This document shows, in pieces, positions 1-8,916 of a DNA stretch of 64,000 bases. The translations under genes were made by a program, and so were the position numbers. Numbering within the stretch: the first letter of the stretch is position 1; the number at the start of each line of letters is the position of its first letter. The stretch covers positions 8,771-72,770 of the forward strand of contig SVLT01000010.1 of NCBI GenBank assembly GCA_015067845.1. The letters run 5' to 3'. The stretch comes from Oscillospiraceae bacterium. GTDB lineage: Bacteria; Bacillota; Clostridia; Oscillospirales; Oscillospiraceae. Under the pieces are notes generated by a model. It searched no databases. It had not been told where the DNA came from and saw only the letters and a list, made by a program, of their open reading frames with translations.

Positions 1-799
1 CCGCATGGGGTGTCCAAGTACAGCTGCTGCTGAAATATTCCAGAGATGCGGTAGCCCAAGTGGCATTGTTTTTGGGATAGTAGCATTCTGCGGTTACATC
101 CTGCAAGGAATTTCTGTTGAATTCAGGAACATCACCGCTAAAACAAATCAGTCGCAATGTGGTTGCATCAAAACATTCTTCGCCAATTTTAGGTGCGCCT
201 TTAATGGCAACATATTGCAACATTGGACAATCCCCAAAAGCATAATTGTCAATCATAGTAACACTGGCGGGAATTGTTACGGCAACGAGAGAAGTACAGC
301 CGTTGAAAGCGCGATTTCCGATAGTAAGCAGACCTTCTGAGAGGGTAACATCGGCAAGTGCCGTGCAATCTTCGAATGCGGACTGGCCGATTGCGGTCAC
401 GCCAGTGGGAATGGTAACCTCTTTCAGTTTCTTAGCTCCGGAAAAAGCGTTGTTGCCGATAGTTTTTAAGGTGGAAGGAAGCTGGATATTGGTCAGATTC
501 TTAAGCGAGTGGAAGGTACAATCGCCGGTATCGGTAATACCTTCAGACAAAACAACGGTCTTGATATTATCCGCCCAAGCCTTCCAGGGAGCCTGGCGAT
601 CCAAAGAAGAGGAGTAAGGATAATCCGGCAAATCACCGGTGCCGGAGACGGTCAGCGTACCGGTAGTCGCATCAAAATTCCAGGTCTGACCGGATTCCAG
701 TGTGCCCGTCGTATCCGCTGCGGATACCGGAATGGAAAGCAGCAATAGAAGAACAATAAGCACAAGGGACAAATGATGGAAATGAGCGCGTCGTTTCAT
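1..799 (-). CDS. BspA-type leucine-rich repeat (LRR_5) secreted/surface protein, runs off the window start
   Basis: Not in the ORF track; hand-translated from ATG 799 (AGGAGG RBS upstream): MKRRAHFHHLSLVLIVLLLLLSIPVSAADT signal peptide, then repeats LPSTLKTIGNNAF, IPTGVTAIGQSAFEDC, LSEGLLTIGNRAFNGC, IPASVTMIDNYAFGDC. Confidence 0.88.
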   Translation of the reverse strand, partial: MKRRAHFHHLSLVLIVLLLLLSIPVSAADTTGTLESGQTWNFDATTGTLTVSGTGDLPDYPYSSSLDRQAPWKAWADNIKTVVLSEGITDTGDCTFHSLKNLTNIQLPSTLKTIGNNAFSGAKKLKEVTIPTGVTAIGQSAFEDCTALADVTLSEGLLTIGNRAFNGCTSLVAVTIPASVTMIDNYAFGDCPMLQYVAIKGAPKIGEECFDATTLRLICFSGDVPEFNRNSLQDVTAECYYPKNNATWATASLEYFSSSCTWTPHA

Positions 800-938
800 A
801 ACAAATCCTCCTTATGATATAATTTCTATGCAATATCAATATAGCATAAAAAGCCAATAAAAAAAAGCAATACCGGAAAAAAATAATAAAAAACGGCAAA
901 ATGGACAAAAAGAAAGCATGGCACAAAAAATGCAACCT

Positions 939-1097
939 TCAAAATTGTTCATTTATACAACTTAAAAAATAGCTAAAGCGAGCAGAAAATTTCCGTGAGG
1001 GTGCCGCGACTATGGTTGTTCGCGGGGCGGAAGTACCGCAATTGTCGCAAAAAGCTTGATTGTCCGCCAGATGTTTTCCACAGTGTTCACAAAACAT
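939..1097 (-). CDS. 52-aa zinc-ribbon protein, possibly a truncated remnant
   Basis: Hand-translated MFCEHCGKHLADNQAFCDNCGTSAPRTTIVAAPSRKFSARFSYFLSCINEQF; two CxxC pairs; AGGAGG RBS at ~1105-1110; promoter upstream. Confidence 0.7.
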   Translation of the reverse strand: MFCEHCGKHLADNQAFCDNCGTSAPRTTIVAAPSRKFSARFSYFLSCINEQF

Positions 1098-1148
1098 ATC
1101 TCTGCCTCCTATGGGTAAACTATATATTTACGAGTATATATTTACCAA

Positions 1149-1186
1149 AGTATATACCTAAACGAATAAATTGTCAAGTAGGTATA
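1149..1186 (-). promoter_or_regulatory. sigma70 promoter for the zinc-ribbon ORF, overlapped by an inverted repeat
   Basis: TTGACA(1177-1172)-17bp-TATACT(1154-1149); TATACCTA(1153-1160)...TAGGTATA(1179-1186). Confidence 0.7.
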
Positions 1187-1220
1187 CATTTCATAAAATG
1201 TACTTACTGAGGTGATGTAT

Positions 1221-1439
1221 ATGATTCGAATTTCCTTGGATCACGTTTTGGAACAGAAAAAAATCAGCCGTTATGAATTAGCGAAGCGCACAGGAATTCA
1301 GTATCAAATCATTGATAATTACTATAAAAACCGTGTAAAACGGTACGATGGGTATGTTTTGGAACGAATATGCGATGCGCTGGAATGCGAAATAGGTCAA
1401 CTGCTGGAATACACGAAAGACGAAGAAACCGAACTGTAA
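1221..1439 (+). CDS. Cro/C1-type (XRE, HTH_26-like) transcriptional regulator
   Basis: ISRYELAKRTGIQYQIIDNYY...LERICDALECEIGQLLE; GAGGTGA RBS favours ATG 1221. Confidence 0.85.
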   Translation: MIRISLDHVLEQKKISRYELAKRTGIQYQIIDNYYKNRVKRYDGYVLERICDALECEIGQLLEYTKDEETEL

Positions 1440-1503
1440 CGGACAGCTGCCCCCTTGCATAGTCCCTTTTTCGGTGCTATAATCGTTGCAAGAGGTGTTG
1501 CTT

Positions 1504-2376
1504 ATGGGCAAGAAACTACAAAAAGAAAGCATCCATGTTCTGCTGACCGTTTTGGCGGCGTTGCTGTCAGCGGTCACATTGCACGTTTTCGTTTACAAGA
1601 ACAACTTTGCGCCCAGCGGTGTGGACGGTATCGCCACCATGGTGCAGGCACTGACGACCCTGAACGCAGGTATCGTAACACTGGCGATCAATATTCCGCT
1701 GCTGATCGTGGCCTGGAAGATCCTGAATAAAAAGTACGTCATTTATACACTGCTCTTTACCTTTTTGTCCTCCGGCTTTATTATGCTGCTGGATTATATC
1801 AACTTCCCCCAATACGAGGCGATGTATGAAAAAGTGGTGGCGGCGGTGTTCTCCGGTCTGCTGTTGGGCGTCCGGACCGGCATTATGATCCGCCTGGGCT
1901 TTTCCACCGGGGGAATCGACATCATTGCCGCTGTTTTTCAGAAGAACCGCAGTCACATCAATATTGAGCGCATCATCAGCATCATTTGCTATGTGATCAC
2001 TGCGCTTTCCTACTTTGTTTACTGGGATCTGGGCGCGATTTTGCTGTCCATCATCCAGATGTTCGTCTTTGAAAAGGGCGTTGCCCTGCTGCTCAGCGAC
2101 CACAGAGACGCAGTTGCATTCCACATCATCACCAAAGAGCCGGAGAAGATCAAAGAGGATATTATCTACAATCTGAAACACGGCGCGACGGTGATGGAGA
2201 GCAAGGGTCTGTTTACGGACGCAGAGTCCTATATGATCATTTCCATCGTCAACAAACGGCAGATCCCGGAGTTTATTTCCATTGTGAAAAAGCACAAGGA
2301 CACCTTTATGTACTATTCCGACATCAACGGCGTTTCCGGCAATTTCCGTTGGAAAAAGGATGACATCGTAAAATAA
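1504..2376 (+). CDS. YitT family membrane protein
   Basis: FAPSGVDGIA, NIPL and STGGIDII motifs, multiple TM segments, C-terminal HGAT-containing soluble domain. Confidence 0.88.
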   Translation: MGKKLQKESIHVLLTVLAALLSAVTLHVFVYKNNFAPSGVDGIATMVQALTTLNAGIVTLAINIPLLIVAWKILNKKYVIYTLLFTFLSSGFIMLLDYINFPQYEAMYEKVVAAVFSGLLLGVRTGIMIRLGFSTGGIDIIAAVFQKNRSHINIERIISIICYVITALSYFVYWDLGAILLSIIQMFVFEKGVALLLSDHRDAVAFHIITKEPEKIKEDIIYNLKHGATVMESKGLFTDAESYMIISIVNKRQIPEFISIVKKHKDTFMYYSDINGVSGNFRWKKDDIVK

Positions 2377-2380
2377 GTAT

Positions 2381-2413
2381 AAACCGAGGAAGCCGGAAGG
2401 CTTCCTCGGTTTT
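2381..2413 (+). terminator. Rho-independent terminator (copy 1 of a duplicated hairpin)
   Basis: AAACCGAGGAAGCC-ggaa-GGCTTCCTCGGTTTT. Confidence 0.8.
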
Positions 2414-2567
2414 GCAATAACAATGGAAAAACTACTGCTTTTTGTATAATAATTGTAACGTTTATGCTATTTCCCAATCAAATAAATGAAAGATAGTGGT
2501 GGCGTGCTGTCTTTGGTAAAGGTTTTGTCCAGTCAATATATGCTACTATTAGGATGAGGGTGAGGAT

Positions 2568-3044
2568 ATGCTAAAAAAGGGATTGAGTATGCTTTTGGTA
2601 GTAATCATGCTGTTTTCTCTATCGGGGTGTGGGGATATTTTTGGCGGTGCATTTTTCCTCTTTCTGATTTCAACCGGTGATGATCGCACTGACAAAGGTA
2701 ATATCATTGAATTTGTCTGCGAAAACCAAGATCAATTGCTCAAAGCAATCGATGATGGAGATTTCTCTGCATTCGAGAATCAGGGCTTCATCAAAGGCGT
2801 AGACGCAAGCGACACAGTTGTTGACTTTTACTGCGGAGGTTTCGGTGTGGGTTCAGCGACATCCTACGTAGGTTTCTATTATACCCCGGAAAATGATATG
2901 GCTGCTATGTGGTGTGCACCATCATCGGCCACTTTGTTGATGCCATCTGGGAACGGGTTTGTGTGGCGAGAGCCAAACGGAGATAATCGGTATTATACAG
3001 AGCATATCTGTGGGGATTTCTATTATTATGAGGCTTCGTTTTAG
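2568..3044 (+). CDS. Hypothetical lipoprotein
   Basis: Signal peptide with LSGC lipobox; AT-richer codon usage than neighbours. Confidence 0.75.
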   Translation: MLKKGLSMLLVVIMLFSLSGCGDIFGGAFFLFLISTGDDRTDKGNIIEFVCENQDQLLKAIDDGDFSAFENQGFIKGVDASDTVVDFYCGGFGVGSATSYVGFYYTPENDMAAMWCAPSSATLLMPSGNGFVWREPNGDNRYYTEHICGDFYYYEASF

Positions 3045-3085
3045 AAACCCTTCCATCTAAGAAAAATAGAAATGTTGGCACATGA

Positions 3086-3117
3086 AAACCGAGGAAGCCA
3101 GATGGTTTCCTCGGTTT
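3086..3117 (+). terminator. Rho-independent terminator (copy 2)
   Basis: AAACCGAGGAAGCC-agat-GGTTTCCTCGGTTT; 29/32 identical to 2381-2412. Confidence 0.75.
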
Positions 3118-3336
3118 ATGTACCGGCGGGGTGTTCCTTCCCCGCCTTTTTCGCATCACACTTTTGGCCACCAGCGACACACTTGACGAAAAATGTACCG
3201 TTTTTCTCTGTCGTCACAGTCTGAAAGTCGGCTTTCTCCGTCCATGTTCAGTATAACCGCACAAACGGTTTTTATGCGGATTTTTATATATTCAAGGGCT
3301 GAATTTATATAAAAAAAGTATTATTCCGCACAGCTA

Positions 3337-3366
3337 TTGACAGGAATTTTTCCTTTGTGCTATAAT
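3337..3366 (+). promoter_or_regulatory. sigma70 promoter
   Basis: TTGACA-18bp-TATAAT upstream of the 3407 ORF. Confidence 0.65.
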
Positions 3367-3406
3367 TTTTTATAGATTCCTATAAAAATGAAAGGGAGAG
3401 TTTATT

Positions 3407-4720
3407 ATGTATCAAATCGAGGCAAAACCTCTTGGTAATTTTGATGTCGCTGTTTGCGGCGGCGGTGTTGCCGGCGTATTCGCGGCTGTTATTGCGGCCA
3501 GACAGGGCGCAAAGGTAGTCCTGATCGAGAGCGCAGGCGCTCTGGGCGGCACTATGACGGAAAGCTTTATGGGCAATCTGATCGATGCCGACGGAAGAGG
3601 CAGCTTGATTCAGGAAATGCGTGATTTTCTGAATGCCCATGATATGACCTGCATCAACCAGGGCGAGCGTCTGGACAAGGACGGAAAGATCATCCCCGGC
3701 AACCTGCTGAACGAAGAAGGCGTCAAGTATTTCATGGACAAGATCTGCGCCGAAGCCGGTGTCAAGGTTCTGTTCTTCAGCCGTGTATGCCATGTTGACC
3801 ATACCGACGGACATATCAACTCCATTCTGGTCTGCTCAGAATGCGGCAATTACAGCGTAACCGCCAAGGTTTACATCGATGCCACCGGCAACGGCTCTGT
3901 GGCTGCTCTGACCGGCTGTAAGTGGGAATGCGGCGAACCGGAAAGCGGCCGTCCCAGCCCCGTGAGTATGGAGGCCATGGTGGTTGGCTTCCCAGAGGAT
4001 TTCAACGGCACCGACGACGAAAAGGACAAGACAAAATATGCAAATATGCTGGCAGAGCATGGCATTCAGCTGTCTGCGCAGCAGGGCTGTATTAAGAAAA
4101 GACCCGCACTCAGAGCCTGGGGCATGGGCATGACCATGGGCTACGATGTGATGCCTGACAGCATTGAGTCCTTGTCCAACGCCATCTACACCCTGAGAAA
4201 AGAAAACTTCGAGGTCGTCCACGCCCACAGAAGAATTCCCACCTTCGAAAATGTGCGCCTGGTTGCCACCACGCCCCACATTGGCGTGCGTGAGGGCCGC
4301 AGAATTTTTGGCGAGTACCGCCTCAGCAATGCGGATATTCTGGAAGGCAGACGCTTTGAGGATGCGGTTTGTCTCGTTACCTTCCACGTGGACGTCCACA
4401 AGCTCCACGCTGAGGACACCATCGAGCAGACCCGCGGCTATCAGATGAAGCCCTTCCACATTCCTTACCGCTGCCTGGTCCCCCTGGGCTCTGACAACCT
4501 GCTGCTGGCCGGTCGTTGTATTTCCGGTGATTTCTATCCCTTCTCCGCCTACCGTGTAATCGGTAACATGGCTGGTGTTGGTGAGGCTGCCGGATATGCC
4601 GCTGCCGTTTGCGCACGGGAAGGCATCCGTCCCAATCAGGTGGATGGCAAGGAAGTCAGCAGCTTCATGAAGCCCTATCTGGACGAAGAATACATCAACA
4701 CCTTCCACAGCTACTATTGA
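3407..4720 (+). CDS. FAD-dependent oxidoreductase (FAD_oxidored-like family)
   Basis: DVAVCGGGVAG Rossmann motif, IDATGNG, GVREGRRI, IPYRCL, NLLLAGRCIS. Confidence 0.85.
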   Translation: MYQIEAKPLGNFDVAVCGGGVAGVFAAVIAARQGAKVVLIESAGALGGTMTESFMGNLIDADGRGSLIQEMRDFLNAHDMTCINQGERLDKDGKIIPGNLLNEEGVKYFMDKICAEAGVKVLFFSRVCHVDHTDGHINSILVCSECGNYSVTAKVYIDATGNGSVAALTGCKWECGEPESGRPSPVSMEAMVVGFPEDFNGTDDEKDKTKYANMLAEHGIQLSAQQGCIKKRPALRAWGMGMTMGYDVMPDSIESLSNAIYTLRKENFEVVHAHRRIPTFENVRLVATTPHIGVREGRRIFGEYRLSNADILEGRRFEDAVCLVTFHVDVHKLHAEDTIEQTRGYQMKPFHIPYRCLVPLGSDNLLLAGRCISGDFYPFSAYRVIGNMAGVGEAAGYAAAVCAREGIRPNQVDGKEVSSFMKPYLDEEYINTFHSYY

Positions 4721-4731
4721 TAAACGTAAAA

Positions 4732-4763
4732 GGATCGCCCGAACTTCTAAGTTCGGGCGATCT
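4732..4763. terminator. Hairpin terminator between convergent genes
   Basis: GATCGCCCGAACTT-ct-AAGTTCGGGCGATC. Confidence 0.75.
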
Positions 4764-4765
4764 TG

Positions 4766-5563
4766 TTATTTGTCCAGATGCACATTCAGGTGGGGATAGG
4801 TCATTTCGATGCCATCCCGGCGGAAAATGTCGATAATTTTCCGGTTGGCCTTATGGTACACATCCCAATAGTCCTCGGTTTTGACCCAAACCCGGAGGGT
4901 GTAGCTGATGGCGCTGTCGCCGTAGCCGGACAGGGTGGCAAAGGGGGCGGGGTCTGCAAGCACACGGTCATCCTCCACAGCTTCCAGCAGAGCAGCCACC
5001 ACCTTGTCGGGGTCGGAATCGTAGGATGCGGTGATATTCCAGTCCACACGGCGGGTGCCGGTGACGGAGTAGTTGACGATCTCCGCGGATACCACCGCGC
5101 TGTTGGGGATGGACACCAGCTTGTTATCTACGGTGGTCAGACGGGTGTAGGCGATGCCCACATCCTTCACAGAGCCGGACTGACCGGCGATCTCCACATA
5201 GTCGCCTGCGCTGAAAGGATGGGTGTACAGCAGAGTAAATCCGCCAATGACATTGGCCAGCATATTCTGCAAAGCCAGAGAAATTGCCAGGGTAGCAACG
5301 CTGGCCAAGGCCACGATGCCGGTGACATCAATCCCCAGGGACGATGCCAGGATCAGACCCAGCAGGATATAAAGCACGGTTTTGACCAGAGTGCGGATCA
5401 AACTGTGTGCCGCCTTTTCCAGCTTGGATTTTTCCAAGATCTTTTTTAGTGTACGATTGATGACGCGGATCAGCAGAGTACCGATGACCGCAATGATGAC
5501 GACCTTGAAAACGGTGACCAGTAATGGCTGCTGAAAAAAAGCAAAAATAGCATCCCAATTCAT
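4766..5563 (-). CDS. mscS: Small-conductance mechanosensitive channel
   Basis: Three TM helices, LALQNMLANVIGG, PFSAGDYV, IPNS, GIEMTYP. Confidence 0.9.
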   Translation of the reverse strand: MNWDAIFAFFQQPLLVTVFKVVIIAVIGTLLIRVINRTLKKILEKSKLEKAAHSLIRTLVKTVLYILLGLILASSLGIDVTGIVALASVATLAISLALQNMLANVIGGFTLLYTHPFSAGDYVEIAGQSGSVKDVGIAYTRLTTVDNKLVSIPNSAVVSAEIVNYSVTGTRRVDWNITASYDSDPDKVVAALLEAVEDDRVLADPAPFATLSGYGDSAISYTLRVWVKTEDYWDVYHKANRKIIDIFRRDGIEMTYPHLNVHLDK

Positions 5564-5712
5564 AAAAATTACCTCCGGGGTGTTCAGAATGTTACCATTA
5601 TACCATGGTTTTTGGCGAAATCAAGGCACTTTTCCCAGGCTTTTTGGAAATTCCTCTTTCCTATTGCCCAAAGAAATGCTATAATAGGAAAAGATACAAG
5701 GAGGGATGCGCT

Positions 5713-6408
5713 ATGCACAACATTCTGATTTGCGACGACCAGCCGGATATTGTAAATGCCTTGAAGATCTATCTGGCTCCGGAGGGCTACGGCCTTTTTG
5801 AGGCGTTCACCGGTGCCCAGGCTGTGGAGATCGTGGAAAAAGAGGATATCCACCTGGTGCTTTTGGATATTATGATGCCGGTGATGGATGGCATTGCCGC
5901 CGCTGAAAAGATTCGTGAATTTTCCAATATACCCATTCTGTTCCTGACCGCAAAATCCGAGACCGAGGATCTGGTGCAGGGACTGAATGCGGGGGCGGAT
6001 GACTACATCACCAAGCCCTTTGTGCCGGCGGAGGTGCTGGCCCGGGTGCGCAGTCATCTGCGCCGTTACGAAAAGCTGGGCAGCCACGTCCAGGAGACGG
6101 AGGACGAGTTGACCCTGGGCGGCATTGCCCTCAACGACCGCACGAAAGCTGTGAGCGTGGAGGGGCGGAGCGTATCCCTGACACCTACGGAATACAGCAT
6201 TCTGCGGCTGCTGATGCGCCATCCCGGGGTGGTCTACTCCACCAAAGCGCTGTATGAGGCGGTTTGGCAGGAAGCGCCCTTTGGCAGTGAAGGCGCGGTG
6301 GCTGTACATATCCGCCACCTGCGTGAAAAAATTGAGATCAATCCCTCTGAGCCCCGGTATCTGAAAGTGGTATGGGGACAGGGATACAAGATGGAGGAAA
6401 AGGGATGA
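5713..6408 (+). CDS. OmpR-family response regulator
   Basis: ILICDD, LLDIMMP, GADDYITKPF, winged helix VHIRHLREKIE...VWGQGY. Confidence 0.93.
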   Translation: MHNILICDDQPDIVNALKIYLAPEGYGLFEAFTGAQAVEIVEKEDIHLVLLDIMMPVMDGIAAAEKIREFSNIPILFLTAKSETEDLVQGLNAGADDYITKPFVPAEVLARVRSHLRRYEKLGSHVQETEDELTLGGIALNDRTKAVSVEGRSVSLTPTEYSILRLLMRHPGVVYSTKALYEAVWQEAPFGSEGAVAVHIRHLREKIEINPSEPRYLKVVWGQGYKMEEKG

Positions 6409-8462
6409 AGCACAACATCGCTGCGAAATTTCTGGTGATTTTGCTTGCGGTTTTTGCGTTGGGAAGTGCCATCGCCGGCATGGCCGGTATTGCGCTGCTG
6501 GAATCCGCCGGACTGTATGTGAACAGTCTGGACGAATTGCAGGACTATGAATACGATTCCATCGCCCAGACGGTTGCGGAGAATTTTGCGAATCTCTACA
6601 CGGTGAACACCTTGGGGGACATTCCCTATTTGCTTCGGAATGAGCTTTACAGCGACCCCCAGGATCGAACCGATGCGCAGTATTGGTGCGTTGAGCTTTA
6701 CCAAGGTGAGGAGCTGCTGACGGAAGAGGGAGCAGAAAATGGCTCCAAGCGGCATTGCGCCTTTTCCAAGACTTATACGCTGACGCCTCTGTATCCGGTA
6801 TACTACGAGGAGCCGGAAGAAGATGAGTCGGATGAGCTTGTAACGGACGATCCTGACGAGATGCCCCAGGAGAATCCCGGCCCCACCGGCTATCTCTATC
6901 GGGAAAACAAGACGGTGTGGATCGGCACCAGCCTGGAAAGCTACGAGTTGTATTACTATGAGGCACCGGAGTACAGCGTGACGGTGTATATGCAGGAAAA
7001 GGTGCTGGAAAGCAGCCGACTGCATTTGCTGACAAGCATTTACCCCTATCGCCACCACAGTATTGCTGTGGTGGTAGTGGGACTTTTGCTCTTTGCCGCC
7101 GGACTGGTGTATCTGCTTTGGGTAGCCGGACGGACACCGGACGGAAAGATCCGTCCCGCAGGACTGAACCTTCTGCCCCTGGATCTGTATATCCTCCTGA
7201 TGTGCGTGGGCATTTGGCTGCTGCTTCGTGCATTTAATCAGGTGCAGTGGTGGGTGTTTGACACCGGCCCTCACTTCGGAAACCTGAGCATTTGGTTTAT
7301 CAACCTTTTGGGAATACTGCTGCTGCCCGTTGGTTTCTTGATGGCGCTGTCAGCCCAGATCAAGTGCAAGGATTTCTACTGGTGGAAGCACAGCGTTGTG
7401 GGCTTTGTTTGCCTCTGGATCTTCCGGGGTGTCCGTCTGCTGTGGAAGGGTCTGCGGCAGAGCATCGGGATGCTGCCGGTGATCTGGCAGTGGCTGCTGG
7501 CAGGTTTTGTGGTACTTCTCTGCTTCGGCGGCGCTTTTTGGGCGGCGCAGTATTCTGCTGCTGGCATCATTTTGCTCGTTGTGGCCATGTTGGGCTGTGT
7601 TGCGATCCTGCTGTACAGCGGCTACGCCTTTGGCACATTGCTCACCGGTGTGAAGAAAATGTGCGAGGGCGATCTGGAAACCAAAATTCCTACAAAATAT
7701 CTTGCCGGCAGCTTCCGGGACTGCGCCGATGAGGTCAACGCCCTGTCGGAGACGGCGGCTCAGGCGGTACAGCATCAGGTTCGTTCCGAACGGATGAAGT
7801 CGGAGCTGATCACCAATGTGTCTCACGACATCAAAACGCCGCTGACATCCATTATCAACTATGTGGATATTATGAGCCAATGCCGCAACCGGGAAGAGGC
7901 CGGTCAGTATCTGGAAGTGCTTTCCCGACAGTCCCAGCAGCTGAAAAAGCTGATTGAGGATCTGATGGAGCTGAGCAAGGCCAGCAGCGGCAATATGCAG
8001 GTCAATATCACGCCTCTGGATGCGTCTGAGTCGGTAAACCAGGCCTTGGGAGAATTCTCCGACAAGCTGGAAAAGGCGCAGCTGACCCCAGTGTTCACGC
8101 CCCCGGAGGAGCCCATGATGATCGCTGCGGACGGACGGCTGACCTGGCGTGTGCTGTCCAATCTGCTGAGCAACGCGGTGAAATATGCCGCACCGGGCAC
8201 CCGGGTCCATGTGGACCTTGCCAGGGATGCTGACAAGGTACTGCTGTCTGTGAAAAATGTCTCCCGGGAGGATATCCAGTATTCCGCTGAGGAATTGCTG
8301 GAACGGTTTGTACAAGGGGATGCGTCCCGCAACCGGGAGGGAAGCGGCCTGGGCCTGAATATCGCCAAGAGCCTGATGGAAGTTCAGGGCGGCAGTTTGC
8401 AGCTGGTGCTGGACGGCGATCTGTTCAAGATCATTCTCACATTCCCCGCGGTGGAAGCATAA
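6405..8462 (+). CDS. Multi-TM sensor histidine kinase
   Basis: H-box SHDIKTPLT, N-box NLLSNAVKY, G-box GSGLGL; ATGA overlap with the regulator. Confidence 0.92.
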   Translation: MKHNIAAKFLVILLAVFALGSAIAGMAGIALLESAGLYVNSLDELQDYEYDSIAQTVAENFANLYTVNTLGDIPYLLRNELYSDPQDRTDAQYWCVELYQGEELLTEEGAENGSKRHCAFSKTYTLTPLYPVYYEEPEEDESDELVTDDPDEMPQENPGPTGYLYRENKTVWIGTSLESYELYYYEAPEYSVTVYMQEKVLESSRLHLLTSIYPYRHHSIAVVVVGLLLFAAGLVYLLWVAGRTPDGKIRPAGLNLLPLDLYILLMCVGIWLLLRAFNQVQWWVFDTGPHFGNLSIWFINLLGILLLPVGFLMALSAQIKCKDFYWWKHSVVGFVCLWIFRGVRLLWKGLRQSIGMLPVIWQWLLAGFVVLLCFGGAFWAAQYSAAGIILLVVAMLGCVAILLYSGYAFGTLLTGVKKMCEGDLETKIPTKYLAGSFRDCADEVNALSETAAQAVQHQVRSERMKSELITNVSHDIKTPLTSIINYVDIMSQCRNREEAGQYLEVLSRQSQQLKKLIEDLMELSKASSGNMQVNITPLDASESVNQALGEFSDKLEKAQLTPVFTPPEEPMMIAADGRLTWRVLSNLLSNAVKYAAPGTRVHVDLARDADKVLLSVKNVSREDIQYSAEELLERFVQGDASRNREGSGLGLNIAKSLMEVQGGSLQLVLDGDLFKIILTFPAVEA

Positions 8463-8624
8463 TACCTTCCCCCGGGGGGAAGGTGCCCCCAAAGGGGGCG
8501 GAAGAGGAATGCGGGAGATGATTTGTATATTTTGAAAATGTATAGACATTATGCTATGCTGGTTCTGCCGCCATTCTTCTCCCGACCTCGCTCACGCTCG
8601 GCCACTCTCTCCCCGGGAGAGGGT
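8460..8624. repeat. Structured inverted-repeat element (boxC/REPIN-like), copy A
   Basis: First 26 bp identical to the 18367 copy; terminal CCTTCCCC..GGGGAAGG and CTCTCCC..GGGAGAG hairpins. Confidence 0.8.
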
Positions 8625-8663
8625 TAATAAGATACCGGTTCCAATACGGGTGGAGGAAACCAC

Positions 8664-8692
8664 TTGACATGAAATGCCCACCATGATAAAAT
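8664..8692 (+). promoter_or_regulatory. sigmaA promoter of the cysS leader
   Basis: TTGACA-17bp-TAAAAT with extended -10 TG. Confidence 0.75.
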
Positions 8693-8699
8693 ACATCTG

Positions 8700-8889
8700 T
8701 CGCAAAGATCGGAAAGAGTACCGCAGGAAAGTTTCCAAGAGAGCCGGGGCCGTTGGCTGAAAGCCCGGGCGAAACGGAAGCGGGAAAGTGCGTCCGGGAG
8801 CGTAAAATTGCATACGAGCGATAAATGAGAGTGGAACCGCGAGTTAATATGACCCGCCTCTTGTACATACTGTACAAGAGGCGTTTTTT
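8700..8889 (+). promoter_or_regulatory. Cys T-box riboswitch
   Basis: AGAGA and GCTGA stem I motifs, TGC specifier at 8789-8791, T-box AGAGTGGAACCGCG, terminator CGCCTCTTGTACA..TGTACAAGAGGCG-T6; directly upstream of cysS. Confidence 0.92.
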
Positions 8890-8916
8890 ATTTTGACAAA
8901 AATGGAGGAAACCGTT

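Noticed and set aside
5-748. Plus-strand ORFs 5-340, 246-617 and 509-748
   Set aside because: Antisense to the LRR gene on the minus strand
3156-3245. 29-aa minus-strand ORF (MDGESRLSDCDDREKRYIFRQVCRWWPKV)
   Set aside because: No RBS and no recognisable motif
5584-7233. 549-aa minus-strand ORF, and similar long ORFs at 20703-22181, 36275-37732, 43798-45219, 48380-49966, 52872-54677 and 59482-61395
   Set aside because: Antisense shadows of well-supported genes in GC-rich, codon-biased DNA; no recognisable motifs
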